Assembly: GCA_039812885.1 (NCBI GenBank)
Contig: JBDIBI010000023.1
Span: forward strand, 19,395 to 83,394
DNA length: 64,000 nucleotides
Direction of reading: 5' to 3'
Origin: Blastocatellia bacterium
Lineage (GTDB): Bacteria; Acidobacteriota; Blastocatellia; Chloracidobacteriales; JADJPF01
The notes beneath the pieces were generated by a model, which was given only the letters and a program-made list of their open reading frames with translations, ran no database searches and had not been told where the DNA came from. Shown here piece by piece: positions 28,224 to 37,375 of the stretch (its first letter is position 1; every line of letters starts with the position of its first letter). The position numbers were made by a program, and so were the translations under genes.

Positions 28224-29084
28224 TTATACAAAACTTTGCCTCCAAAGTTTTAACTTTTCAATTAACTCTGGATAATAGTTTATATTAGGAATAATTCTAT
28301 TAGATATTGGTAAAGATGGTAAATCAAGAGGTAAATTTTGGACTAATCGGTTACAAGCTAGCTCTAACAAAGGCTTAAGCCCTACAATATCTTCTGCATT
28401 ATACCTAAGTAAAGTAGGAAGTGCACGAGAATCACCTTGCTTATGTAGTCGCCATAAGAAAACAGCATCATAGCCATCTAATTGACCTAATTCATCTTGC
28501 TCACGAGCTAAATTGGTTTGGCGCTCTATATATTTAAGTCCACCTTTTAGATTGACTTGTCTTAGAACAAAACGTAGGTCAATATGAGCTTTAGGAAGTC
28601 GTATTTTATAAAATGCTGATTCTATAACTGGAATATCAAAAAGCTTTCCATTAAAAGTTACTAGTAAATCATATTCTTCTATATCATCTGCAAAATCTTT
28701 TAGGTTATATCCTTGTATGTATTGTTTTACATTTATACCATCAAAGACACCTATTACAGTAATGCTATCTAGACCAATATTTGAACCATCTGTTTCAATG
28801 TCTAGATAAGCAACTCGCAAGTTGCTAGTGTAGGAAAATTGAGGGTAAAGTCTCCAAGTTTCAGAAGTTGGCAGAAGTTTATTAAAAAAGGCAAAGTCAC
28901 GATTTTCTAGTGCTTTAAATGAATCATCTAAATAAGACTGTAAAAGTAACTCTGGAATCCCAAAGCTTTTATAGCTTGAAATTTCTTGAGCTTCTTCCCA
29001 AGTTCTTATTCCAGATTGCCAGATTTTTGATTCTGTAAGTTTCCCTATTCTTGGTATATGTATAAAACTATGTTTTAGCATCAA
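28224..29084 (-). CDS. RNase-H-fold 3'-5' exonuclease-like protein (YprB-like)
   Basis: 286 aa. AYLDIETDG and TFNGKLFDIPV resemble the DEDD/RNase_H_2 (YprB) family. Confidence 0.5.
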   Translation of the reverse strand: MMLKHSFIHIPRIGKLTESKIWQSGIRTWEEAQEISSYKSFGIPELLLQSYLDDSFKALENRDFAFFNKLLPTSETWRLYPQFSYTSNLRVAYLDIETDGSNIGLDSITVIGVFDGINVKQYIQGYNLKDFADDIEEYDLLVTFNGKLFDIPVIESAFYKIRLPKAHIDLRFVLRQVNLKGGLKYIERQTNLAREQDELGQLDGYDAVFLWRLHKQGDSRALPTLLRYNAEDIVGLKPLLELACNRLVQNLPLDLPSLPISNRIIPNINYYPELIEKLKLWRQSFV

Positions 29085-29213
29085 GCAATAAAAGCATATT
29101 TATTAGTAAGTTGTCAAAAGATTTTGGTTATACCAGTGTTAGGTTTTACTTTGTAGACAAGCCAACTTCATGCTAAAATCCTTAACCAAAATAGTAAAAA
29201 TCTATGGAATTTA

Positions 29214-30317
29214 ATGGGCAGATTTATGCAAAAAATAAAAAATAAACGTTTTTTCTTACTTATTATTACAGTCCTCTTTAGTTTTAATTTAACACCTTCT
29301 CAATCTGTTAGAAATATTTTAAGACCTTCTAGTTTATTAACTCAACAATCACCTCAGCAATCAAATACTCAATCAAAACAAGAAACACAAAATTCTCAAA
29401 ATCCACAACCCTCTCAAAATGAAGAAGAAGATCAATCAGTTGATCCTATCAAAATAGGTGGGGAAATAGTGTTACTTAATGTATTAGTAACAGATATAAA
29501 AAACCGCTATGTGGAAAGTATAACAAAGGGAGAATTTGAGCTATTTGAAGATGGAAAAAAACAAGAAATAAGTTTTTTCTCTAGACAAAATGAACCTATA
29601 AGTATTTGTATTTTAATAGATGCTTCTACTTCTATGATAGATAACGGAAAATTGATAGAAGCACTTAAAGCTGCTAAAGCATTGATTGCTAATAGCAACC
29701 CAAAAGATGAAGTATGTTTAATGAAGTTTGATGATCGTGTTACTTTAATTCAAGATTTTACTACAGATGCAAATTTACTAAATGAGCAAACTCAACGTAT
29801 TAAGCCTTTTGGCGGTACGGCAATGTATGATGCATTAACAAGAGCAATGACTCATACTAATAAGAACTCTAAAAAACTACGTCAAGCTATTGTTATGATT
29901 ACTGATGGTATAGACCAACATAGCCGCAAAAAGTTTACAGATGTTATTCCAATTGCCCAATTAACAGGTATTCCATGTTATGTAATAGGTGTTTATACTC
30001 CTGAAGAAAAACAAGCTTTTGCTACAGGTCAGCAAAAACTTAAACTTGATAATGGAGAATATGTTGATAACCCAGAGAATATATTACGTAATTTAGCAGA
30101 AGAAACAGCAGGAAGAGCTTTCTTTCCAAATAGTGAAAGAGAACTTGTTCCAATAGCTCTACAGATAGCTAGTGAGTTAAGAAGCGGATATGCTGTAGGT
30201 TATTACCCACCAAGTAATTCTTTAGATGGAAAATATCACTCAATCTCTGTAGTATCAAAATCCAAGAAATATACTGTTAGAGCACGCCGCGGTTATATTT
30301 CCAAACTACCAGAATAA
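29214..30317 (+). CDS. VWA-domain protein (acidobacterial VWFA-related type)
   Basis: Signal peptide, Q-rich linker and MIDAS motif DASTSM, plus GGTAMYDAL and MITDGID. The layout resembles the TIGR03436 family. The start may be the ATG at 29226. Confidence 0.7.
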   Translation: MGRFMQKIKNKRFFLLIITVLFSFNLTPSQSVRNILRPSSLLTQQSPQQSNTQSKQETQNSQNPQPSQNEEEDQSVDPIKIGGEIVLLNVLVTDIKNRYVESITKGEFELFEDGKKQEISFFSRQNEPISICILIDASTSMIDNGKLIEALKAAKALIANSNPKDEVCLMKFDDRVTLIQDFTTDANLLNEQTQRIKPFGGTAMYDALTRAMTHTNKNSKKLRQAIVMITDGIDQHSRKKFTDVIPIAQLTGIPCYVIGVYTPEEKQAFATGQQKLKLDNGEYVDNPENILRNLAEETAGRAFFPNSERELVPIALQIASELRSGYAVGYYPPSNSLDGKYHSISVVSKSKKYTVRARRGYISKLPE

Positions 30318-30331
30318 ATAGTTAAAAGAAC

Positions 30332-30371
30332 AAATCTATAAACTGTTGCTTTTGCAACAGTTTATAGATTT
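30332..30371. terminator. bidirectional hairpin terminator between convergent genes
   Basis: An 18-bp perfect palindrome, AAATCTATAAACTGTTGC tttt GCAACAGTTTATAGATTT. Confidence 0.5.
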
Positions 30372-30408
30372 AGAATTAAAAATAGAAGTTAGTTTCTAGA
30401 AGTTAATT

Positions 30409-30753
30409 CTATTTCCAATCATCTTGGGCTTTTGTCCAAACAAATTCGCTTACTGCCTCTATATCTTCAATTTCTAGACTATCTTTATATGAAGGCATAA
30501 CACCTTTGCCTCCTTTAACAATTTTCTTTATATGTGTAGAACTTACATAACCATTCTTTTTAAGATCAGCCAATTTTAATGTTTTAGATGGTTCAATAGT
30601 GTTATCTCCTCCTTTATGGCAATTTACACATTGACTTTGAAATACTTTATTGCCTTTTTTTAGCTGAGCTTCTTTATCATCAATATGACCACTAGTTTCA
30701 GATAAACAGATAAACAGAATTAGAAAAGAAAAAAATATGGCTTTTTGCATCAT
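30409..30753 (-). CDS. class I c-type cytochrome (c6/c553-like), secreted
   Basis: CVNCH motif, GVMPSY and a C-terminal WTKAQDDWK. It is a paralogue of 27738-28109. Confidence 0.75.
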   Translation of the reverse strand: MMQKAIFFSFLILFICLSETSGHIDDKEAQLKKGNKVFQSQCVNCHKGGDNTIEPSKTLKLADLKKNGYVSSTHIKKIVKGGKGVMPSYKDSLEIEDIEAVSEFVWTKAQDDWK

Positions 30754-30814
30754 GCTTTAATTCCCTTTGCATAAAAAATATTTCTAAACCATCTCAAAAG
30801 ATGGAGTTATAAAT

Positions 30815-32230
30815 TTAGTTCAAACTTAATATCCAACTAGAAAGATCTTCATAATCTTTTTCTTTTAAATCTGTAAATGCAGGCATTACATTGTTTAACC
30901 CAAAATCAGAAGGTTTTTTTATTAGATTGATTAGGTCATTATGAGTTCGTTTTGGTTTATTATTTAAGTTATGTAAATTAGGGCCAATTACTCCTTCTCC
31001 AGAATTTCCATGACAACCAGCACATTTTTCAATGTAAATAGCTGGAGATTTTGTTGTTTGGGCTATTGTTTGAGCATTTACAGATTGTGCAACAAAAGGT
31101 TTATGTAAAAATTCTTTAGCTTCTTCTGATTGTTGAGCAAGGCGTTTGCTAACAAGAGGATCATTTTTATCATCTAACTTGGCAATAACCATTAAGCCTA
31201 TAATTGCAAGTAGTAAAAGAGATGCTATAACACTGCAAATAGGCCGTTTAAAGGGATTACGCTCTTGCTTTCTATCAAAAAATGGTAAAACACCAAGCAC
31301 TGTAAAGATAAGACCAGGAATAATCATTGTTGGAAGTAAAACAAGACGACCATTAAAATACTTAAGTAGCTGGAAAAGTGGAAGAAAATACCACTCTGGT
31401 CTAGCTATATAGTTAACATCAGCCGGATTTGCTTGTGGTTCAAGCGAAGCAGGCATATACAAACTTATAGATAGTAGTACGATAAATATTAGTGATGAAA
31501 AAACTGCATTAAGGAAAAATTGTTTGGGGTAAAAAGTTTCAGTTTTTTCTTCTAAATTCTTTGAAGTATATGCTCCAGCAGGTTTTGCATACCAGAAAAG
31601 TAATATATGAACTATTGAAGATATTCCTAAAATTAATGGTAGAACTACTACATGAATAACAAAAAACCTTGAAAGTGTAAGAGTTGAAAGGTTACTTCCC
31701 CCTAAAACAATTCTTTCAATAGTTGAGCCTATAATAGGTATAGTTGACATTATGCTAACACCTACTTTAGTTCCGAAATAAGCTTTTTGATCCCAAGGTA
31801 GCAAATAGCCAGTAAAAGAAAACCCAAGTACTAATAAAAACAATAGGATACCAACTAACCAAAGTAATTCACGTTTCTTTTTATAAGCTCCCCATAGAAA
31901 TGTTTGTAAAAAATGCAAGACTACTAAAATCACCATTGCACTTGAGCCATAATGGTGAATACCTCTTATTATTGCACCACAAAGCACTTCTTTTTGAATA
32001 TAGGCTACACTAGTATGAGCATGATCAGAAGTAGGTACATAATAAAGCAACAATAGAATGCCTGTAAATAACTGTAAAACAAAGACAAACAGTAATGCAC
32101 TTCCAAAAACATAAGAAAACTTAGCACCGCCTGGAATTTCTTCCTCTTGTACTCTAGGTAAAAGGCTTTTTATTCCTGTCCTATCATCTATCCAATTTCC
32201 TGTTGCTACTAAATGACTATGTATAGACAT
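30815..32230 (-). CDS. cytochrome b fused to a subunit-IV-like region and a C-terminal monohaem cytochrome c
   Basis: 471 aa and multi-TM, with conserved His pairs in helices (HHYGSS, VVLHFL, FFVIHV), the PEWYFLPLF motif and a C-terminal CAGCH domain. Confidence 0.8.
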   Translation of the reverse strand: MSIHSHLVATGNWIDDRTGIKSLLPRVQEEEIPGGAKFSYVFGSALLFVFVLQLFTGILLLLYYVPTSDHAHTSVAYIQKEVLCGAIIRGIHHYGSSAMVILVVLHFLQTFLWGAYKKKRELLWLVGILLFLLVLGFSFTGYLLPWDQKAYFGTKVGVSIMSTIPIIGSTIERIVLGGSNLSTLTLSRFFVIHVVVLPLILGISSIVHILLFWYAKPAGAYTSKNLEEKTETFYPKQFFLNAVFSSLIFIVLLSISLYMPASLEPQANPADVNYIARPEWYFLPLFQLLKYFNGRLVLLPTMIIPGLIFTVLGVLPFFDRKQERNPFKRPICSVIASLLLLAIIGLMVIAKLDDKNDPLVSKRLAQQSEEAKEFLHKPFVAQSVNAQTIAQTTKSPAIYIEKCAGCHGNSGEGVIGPNLHNLNNKPKRTHNDLINLIKKPSDFGLNNVMPAFTDLKEKDYEDLSSWILSLN

Positions 32231-32244
32231 AAAAAATCCATAGA

Positions 32245-32766
32245 CTAAGTTAATGGAACCTTTTGTTCAAGGCCATGGGTGAAGGATTCATACTTGATTT
32301 CAAGATTATTGTTATTAACTCGATGGTCTAATGTATCTAGGCTTCTAGGTGTAGGGCCTGATATTTTTGCTCCATCATCTTGCCATTTACTCATATGACA
32401 AAGACAAGCAAAGCAATCTCCTTGACGTGTAACTGTACAGCCTTCATGCGGACAAACAGCAGAATAAACATCTATTTGTTGGCCTTTACGAGCAATCCAA
32501 ACAGCTTGGCAACTGCTAGATTCTTGCCAACCATTTTGCTCAGTAATATTTACTGTAAATTGTGTAAAACCTTCTGGAATTTGCTCTAGTTTACCTATTG
32601 TTTGCCAGGATAAATCTTTTTTACTCTTGCCAAAAAAAGCAGGAAATGTTGCATAAATACCAGATACTACTCCCATTACAAGTCCAATAAAACCTAGAAA
32701 AATAGCTCCAAGTATACCAAGAAAGCTACGTCTTGAATTTTGTGGTTCTGAGTTTGTTGTTGACAT
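32245..32766 (-). CDS. Rieske 2Fe-2S subunit of the cytochrome bc complex
   Basis: Twin-arginine-like SRRSFLG, plus CPHEGC and CLCH cluster-binding boxes. I prefer the ATG at 32766, which has an AAGGAAG RBS. Confidence 0.8.
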   Translation of the reverse strand: MSTTNSEPQNSRRSFLGILGAIFLGFIGLVMGVVSGIYATFPAFFGKSKKDLSWQTIGKLEQIPEGFTQFTVNITEQNGWQESSSCQAVWIARKGQQIDVYSAVCPHEGCTVTRQGDCFACLCHMSKWQDDGAKISGPTPRSLDTLDHRVNNNNLEIKYESFTHGLEQKVPLT

Positions 32767-32839
32767 CTCTTCCTTTTTAATAGCTAGTAGTCGCAACTAC
32801 TAGCTATTATGACATTGTAATCTAGTATAAGATTATAAA

Positions 32840-33157
32840 TTAAGGTTTATCACTAGATGATTCAGCCTCATTATGAATTACAAGAGGTTGAACTTGTTTT
32901 TTCATAAAGGCTAAAACAGAACTTGCTTCATTTTTTGTAAGATGGGCACGAACTCTCATATGTAACATAATTGTTTGCCAGCCTGCACTTGAGCGTTGAG
33001 TTGGTTCTGGCGCTCTGTGACAACGAACACAAACACTTCCATAGATTTTTGCACCATCAGTTTCTTGTTTTTCTGTTTTACCATTTGCTACTTGCCCAAA
33101 AATTAGACTAGCTAGCATGGTAAATAATATAAGAGAAATTTTAAGGTTTTTCTTCAT
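32840..33157 (-). CDS. small secreted monohaem c-type cytochrome
   Basis: Signal peptide and a single CVRCH motif. I prefer the ATG at 33157, which has an AAGGAA RBS. Confidence 0.55.
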   Translation of the reverse strand: MKKNLKISLILFTMLASLIFGQVANGKTEKQETDGAKIYGSVCVRCHRAPEPTQRSSAGWQTIMLHMRVRAHLTKNEASSVLAFMKKQVQPLVIHNEAESSSDKP

Positions 33158-33193
33158 TGTATTATTCCTTATAAGCACTGTATTTTGAATATG

Positions 33194-34654
33194 TTAGAAA
33201 GCATATGCTAGTTGTAAATGGGCTCCATTTGTATAAGGGCCAGCAACAAGCCGTTCACGGGTATATTCCATTTTCCAAACAACTGATGGAGTAAGCCAAT
33301 AATCTAGACCTATTGAATGTTGACGTTCATGAACTCCAGCTTGCTCTTGTGCGCTAAAGCGATATATTGGCTCTAAATTCTTGAGAAATGGTTTATCAAT
33401 ATTCTTAAAAGCATAGGACATTTCAGCATACCACCCAGATCTTCTATCTAAACCAAAAGGAGTTTCTCGTTGTAAATTGATATATTCTCCACGAAAATCT
33501 AAGGATTTCTTTTGATACTCAAAATCTACTCCAGTAGCTCTTAAATTATGTGTGCCGGTCTTGTCCCATTTACCTTTTAGTACTGAGGCTCCAATTCTTA
33601 ATTGACCAATTTTGGAATCATAGGAAAAAGGTCTAATACCAACTCTTGTTATAAGAGTTTTGTTTCCATTGATATCTGGGAAATTATCTGCTGTGCCAGC
33701 TCCAATTTCATCAGATTCATAAGACTGTCCATTTGAAATAGCTATAGAGTAATCAAGCACTTGTCCTCGATCACCAAAAGGAATAGCGCTTCTTACCTGT
33801 AATCCAACATCGGAGAAATTAAGTAAGCCTCCTTCATCTCCTTCACGTAGCGGTAAAGGATTGCTTACAAGCTTGTTAATCCAAGGCATATGACGATGCT
33901 CAACAAAATCTCCAAATGGAGTTAAATACTTGCCAAAAATTACAGTAGCATATTTATGAGCAATCCAATCAATTTGAGCTGTTTCAAGGTTAGTTTCTAC
34001 AGTACTTTGACCAGTTACATCATCGCGTGAGAGTTTAATTTCTAATTCACCCTCAAAAAGAAGATTAGGACGTATTCCAAAGAGGAATATAGGGTTAAAT
34101 GAAGCTAAAAAGCTGTTGCCTTGAGGACTTGCGTCATAACGACCTGTACCATAACCGCCAAATATAAAATTATGAGTTCCATGTGGTAATTCAGATTGAA
34201 GAGCTGTTTCAATGTTTTTAGTTCGTTCAGCTAGACTATCAATTTCTCGTCTAGTTTCTTCTCTTTCTGAAGATTTGTTAGGTGCTATAGTAGTAGTGAC
34301 TACAGTGTTATTAGCAGCATTTTCAACAGGTTGTGATGCTTTAACTTCTGTTGGTTGTGCTGTTAAAGCAGTTTTTTCAGTAAGTAGTTTTTCCATCTGC
34401 TTTACTTTTTCATCTAGGTATTTTAGCTTGTTAACTTGATCTTCTAACTCAGACACTCTTTTTTTAAGAATTTCAACTGTTTCTGCATCACTGTTTTTAG
34501 CAGGTTTATCTGATGTTGTTGGGTCAGAATAAGCTACTTTTTCTACAATTTTTTTATTAACAATAGGAGTCAGATTTTGACCGTAAGTCGTTTTTATTGT
34601 TAGTACAAAAAATAAAACTATACTAACAAATATGATGAATTTGTTTTTAGACAT
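33194..34654 (-). CDS. outer-membrane porin-like beta-barrel protein with an N-terminal coiled coil
   Basis: Signal peptide, a coiled-coil stretch (VSELEDQVNKLKYLDEKVKQMEKLL), alternating beta-strand patterns and a C-terminal aromatic ending LQLAYAF. Confidence 0.45.
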   Translation of the reverse strand: MSKNKFIIFVSIVLFFVLTIKTTYGQNLTPIVNKKIVEKVAYSDPTTSDKPAKNSDAETVEILKKRVSELEDQVNKLKYLDEKVKQMEKLLTEKTALTAQPTEVKASQPVENAANNTVVTTTIAPNKSSEREETRREIDSLAERTKNIETALQSELPHGTHNFIFGGYGTGRYDASPQGNSFLASFNPIFLFGIRPNLLFEGELEIKLSRDDVTGQSTVETNLETAQIDWIAHKYATVIFGKYLTPFGDFVEHRHMPWINKLVSNPLPLREGDEGGLLNFSDVGLQVRSAIPFGDRGQVLDYSIAISNGQSYESDEIGAGTADNFPDINGNKTLITRVGIRPFSYDSKIGQLRIGASVLKGKWDKTGTHNLRATGVDFEYQKKSLDFRGEYINLQRETPFGLDRRSGWYAEMSYAFKNIDKPFLKNLEPIYRFSAQEQAGVHERQHSIGLDYWLTPSVVWKMEYTRERLVAGPYTNGAHLQLAYAF

Positions 34655-34868
34655 TGTTCCTCCTAAAAATATATAAGCCCAATTTTATGAATAAGTTTAG
34701 TATTAGTTACTAACTGTTTGATAGCTATTCGCTTACGTATATCTAGCTGTTAAAGCGCTTTTCTATTTTTAGCCAAAACTTTGAAAGGGGGGAGTTTTAG
34801 CTTTTAGTCGTTAGCAAATTTGTATTCTTATTAAACTATATTTTTTTGTCCTGTAACGTAGTGAGATG

Positions 34869-34911
34869 GTTAATAAACTGTAAAGAATTGTTATTTACTG
34901 TTAATAAACTG
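34869..34911. promoter_or_regulatory. candidate operator: direct repeats GTTAATAAACTG (34869, 34900) plus the related GTTATTTACTG (34890)
   Basis: Read from the sequence. The repeats lie in the 458-bp gap between the two-component genes and the porin/cytochrome cluster. Confidence 0.2.
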
Positions 34912-35112
34912 GTAAAGTTATTGAAAAATACCTATAAAAAAGTAACTAATAAAATAAGTAATAAATAAAAAGAACTTCTTAGATAAAACTAGTAAGTCCA
35001 AATTCTACAATTAATAACCTTGCTAAAAAGCTTTCAATCCCTAACAATTTAATTTTAACCAATGGTAGATGAATAGAAGATTAACGCGGTTTAGTTTTGA
35101 CGGGTTATAAGG

Positions 35113-36507
35113 TTATAAGGGTAAGGACACTATAAATTTACTTCCTTTATTGAGAAGACTTTCAACTTCTATAGAACCTTGATGTGCTTCTACAATGCAT
35201 TTTGCTATTGCTAGACCTAATCCGCTTCCACCCTCAGAGCGAGAACGGGCTTTGTCTACTCTATAAAAGCGCTCAAAGATTTTTTTTAGTGAATCTTCTG
35301 CAATTCCAACACCATTATCTGAAACAACTATTTTCACTTTTTTAGCTTCGTTAATTAGCTCTAATGTTACAGTTCCTTCATTAAGAGTATATTTAATTGC
35401 ATTATCTAGAAGGTTTAGTATTAACCTTTTAAGCATTTCTTCATCACCCTTAAAAGGAGTTTCAGATAATGGGCTAAGTATTAAATTAATATGTTTACGA
35501 CTAGCCAATACTTTAGAGGTTTTATAGCAACTTTCTATAAGATCATTAAGGTAGAACAGTTCTACTTTAGGTTTATATTGACCAGCATCAGCCGAAGCTA
35601 AGGCCAGTAAATCATTTACCATTTTAGATAAACGAACTGTTTCATCATTGATTATTGATAAGGTTTCTTGGTACTCAACAGGCTCTCTAGCTTGGAGTAG
35701 AGCTACATCAATTTCTCCTTTTATTATTGTTAGTGGAGTGCGCAACTCATGAGAGGCATCTGCTATAAATCGTTTCATATTTTCAAATGAATTGTTAAGT
35801 CTTAAGAGAAGTTCATTAAATGTTTCTGCTAGTTGGCCAAGTTCATCATTACGGTTTTTGACTGTAAGTCTTTCATAAAGATTATTTGCACTAATATGTT
35901 TGACTTGGTTTGACATAGCAACAACAGGCGATAAGCTTTTTTTAGCTAAAAGAAATCCTCCTAGTGCAGCTATTATTAAGGTAGAAGGTAGGGTAATGGC
36001 AAAGATTTCTTTTATAGGTTGAATTTGTTCTCTAGCACTTTCAAGAGGTTCTGCCAAAATAACAAAAAATTCTTTTCCTTCTGCTTCAACTAACAATGAA
36101 GCAATTCTTACTTCTTCTTTGCCAGCATATCTAGTAGACAAAACTACTTGCCCATTTGATTTTTTTGCAGAATCAGTAATTTCTTTAACTAATACATCAT
36201 CAAGGTTTTCTGTAAAATTTGAAGCTAAGAGATTTGTACCTGAAAATATTCCTATGGGTGAGTTTAAAGACATTTCACTTAAAGCCTCTAGAGCCGCTGC
36301 TCGATTATTTCCAGGATTTTCTTTAAGCTCACTTAACATTGTTGCAATAGCATGATGAGAGTCTTTAACTAGATAGTTATCAAGTCGATCATGTATATCT
36401 TTTTTTATAAGAAAGTAGGTAAAAGCACAAAATCCTGCTAATAAAATTCCAAAAAAGAATAAATACCACAAAGTTAAACGGAAACGAACACTACTAAACA
36501 AGCTCAT
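35113..36507 (-). CDS. sensor histidine kinase (TM-HAMP-HisKA-HATPase)
   Basis: H-box ADASHELRTPL, N-box LLDNAIKYT, G-boxes DNGVGI and GSGLGLAI, and two TM segments. The ATG at 36507 overlaps the regulator stop by 14 nt. Confidence 0.85.
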   Translation of the reverse strand: MSLFSSVRFRLTLWYLFFFGILLAGFCAFTYFLIKKDIHDRLDNYLVKDSHHAIATMLSELKENPGNNRAAALEALSEMSLNSPIGIFSGTNLLASNFTENLDDVLVKEITDSAKKSNGQVVLSTRYAGKEEVRIASLLVEAEGKEFFVILAEPLESAREQIQPIKEIFAITLPSTLIIAALGGFLLAKKSLSPVVAMSNQVKHISANNLYERLTVKNRNDELGQLAETFNELLLRLNNSFENMKRFIADASHELRTPLTIIKGEIDVALLQAREPVEYQETLSIINDETVRLSKMVNDLLALASADAGQYKPKVELFYLNDLIESCYKTSKVLASRKHINLILSPLSETPFKGDEEMLKRLILNLLDNAIKYTLNEGTVTLELINEAKKVKIVVSDNGVGIAEDSLKKIFERFYRVDKARSRSEGGSGLGLAIAKCIVEAHQGSIEVESLLNKGSKFIVSLPL

Positions 36508-37183
36508 TATTTGCACCAATGGTTAAAATATAACCTTCACCCCGGCGTGTATGGATTAGATTTTTATTAAACTCGTCATCAATTTTCTTTCTCAAGCGCC
36601 TAATATAAACATCTACAATATTTGAAAATGGGTCAAAATGTTCATCCCAAACATGTTCTGCTATTTCTTCACGACTTACAACTTTATCTTTTCTTAATAA
36701 AAGAAATTCAAGCAGTGCATATTCTTTAGCCGTTAATATAATACTTTGACCTGCACGAGAAACTTCATGGCTTACAGTATTAAGACTTAAATCTGCTATT
36801 GTTAGAATTTCTGGCCGGATTTCTGCTTGTCTCCTAAAAAGTGCACGCAGATGAGCAAGTAACTCCTTAAATTCAAATGGCTTAGATAAATAATCATCTG
36901 CCCCTGAATCTAACCCTGTAATACGATCATCAACTGTATTGCGTGCAGAAAGCATCATAATTGGAATTTTGAAACCACGACCACGTAGTTCTTTGCAAGT
37001 AAGAAACCCATCTTTTTTAGGAATCATAATATCTAAAATAATTAGATCATAACTATTTATACTGGCTTTATATAAAGCATCATCTCCATCTGATGATATG
37101 TCTACTGCATAACTTTGCTCACGTAACCCTCTAGCAATAAAACTTGCAACTCGTGGTTCATCTTCAACTAATAAAATTCTCAT
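36494..37183 (-). CDS. OmpR-family response regulator
   Basis: MRILLVEDE, the phospho-acceptor DLIILDIMIP and a winged-helix C-terminus (LTAKEYALLEFLL ... RGEGY). I prefer the ATG at 37183 over the TTG at 37198. Confidence 0.85.
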   Translation of the reverse strand: MRILLVEDEPRVASFIARGLREQSYAVDISSDGDDALYKASINSYDLIILDIMIPKKDGFLTCKELRGRGFKIPIMMLSARNTVDDRITGLDSGADDYLSKPFEFKELLAHLRALFRRQAEIRPEILTIADLSLNTVSHEVSRAGQSIILTAKEYALLEFLLLRKDKVVSREEIAEHVWDEHFDPFSNIVDVYIRRLRKKIDDEFNKNLIHTRRGEGYILTIGANNELV

Positions 37184-37375
37184 GCTTATAAATACCAATT
37201 TTTCTGTGTAGAAATAAAAATTATCTTAACATTCTGCTTGGCTTAAAGATAACTTGAACTTACCCTCATTTTCTATATTTTGAAGCTTTTACCTGCCTCC
37301 TGAATTGACTTAGGTAACTTCCTTTTGCTATGCTCTTTTATCCTCCACACAAATAAAAATTTTCAAGGTATATTT

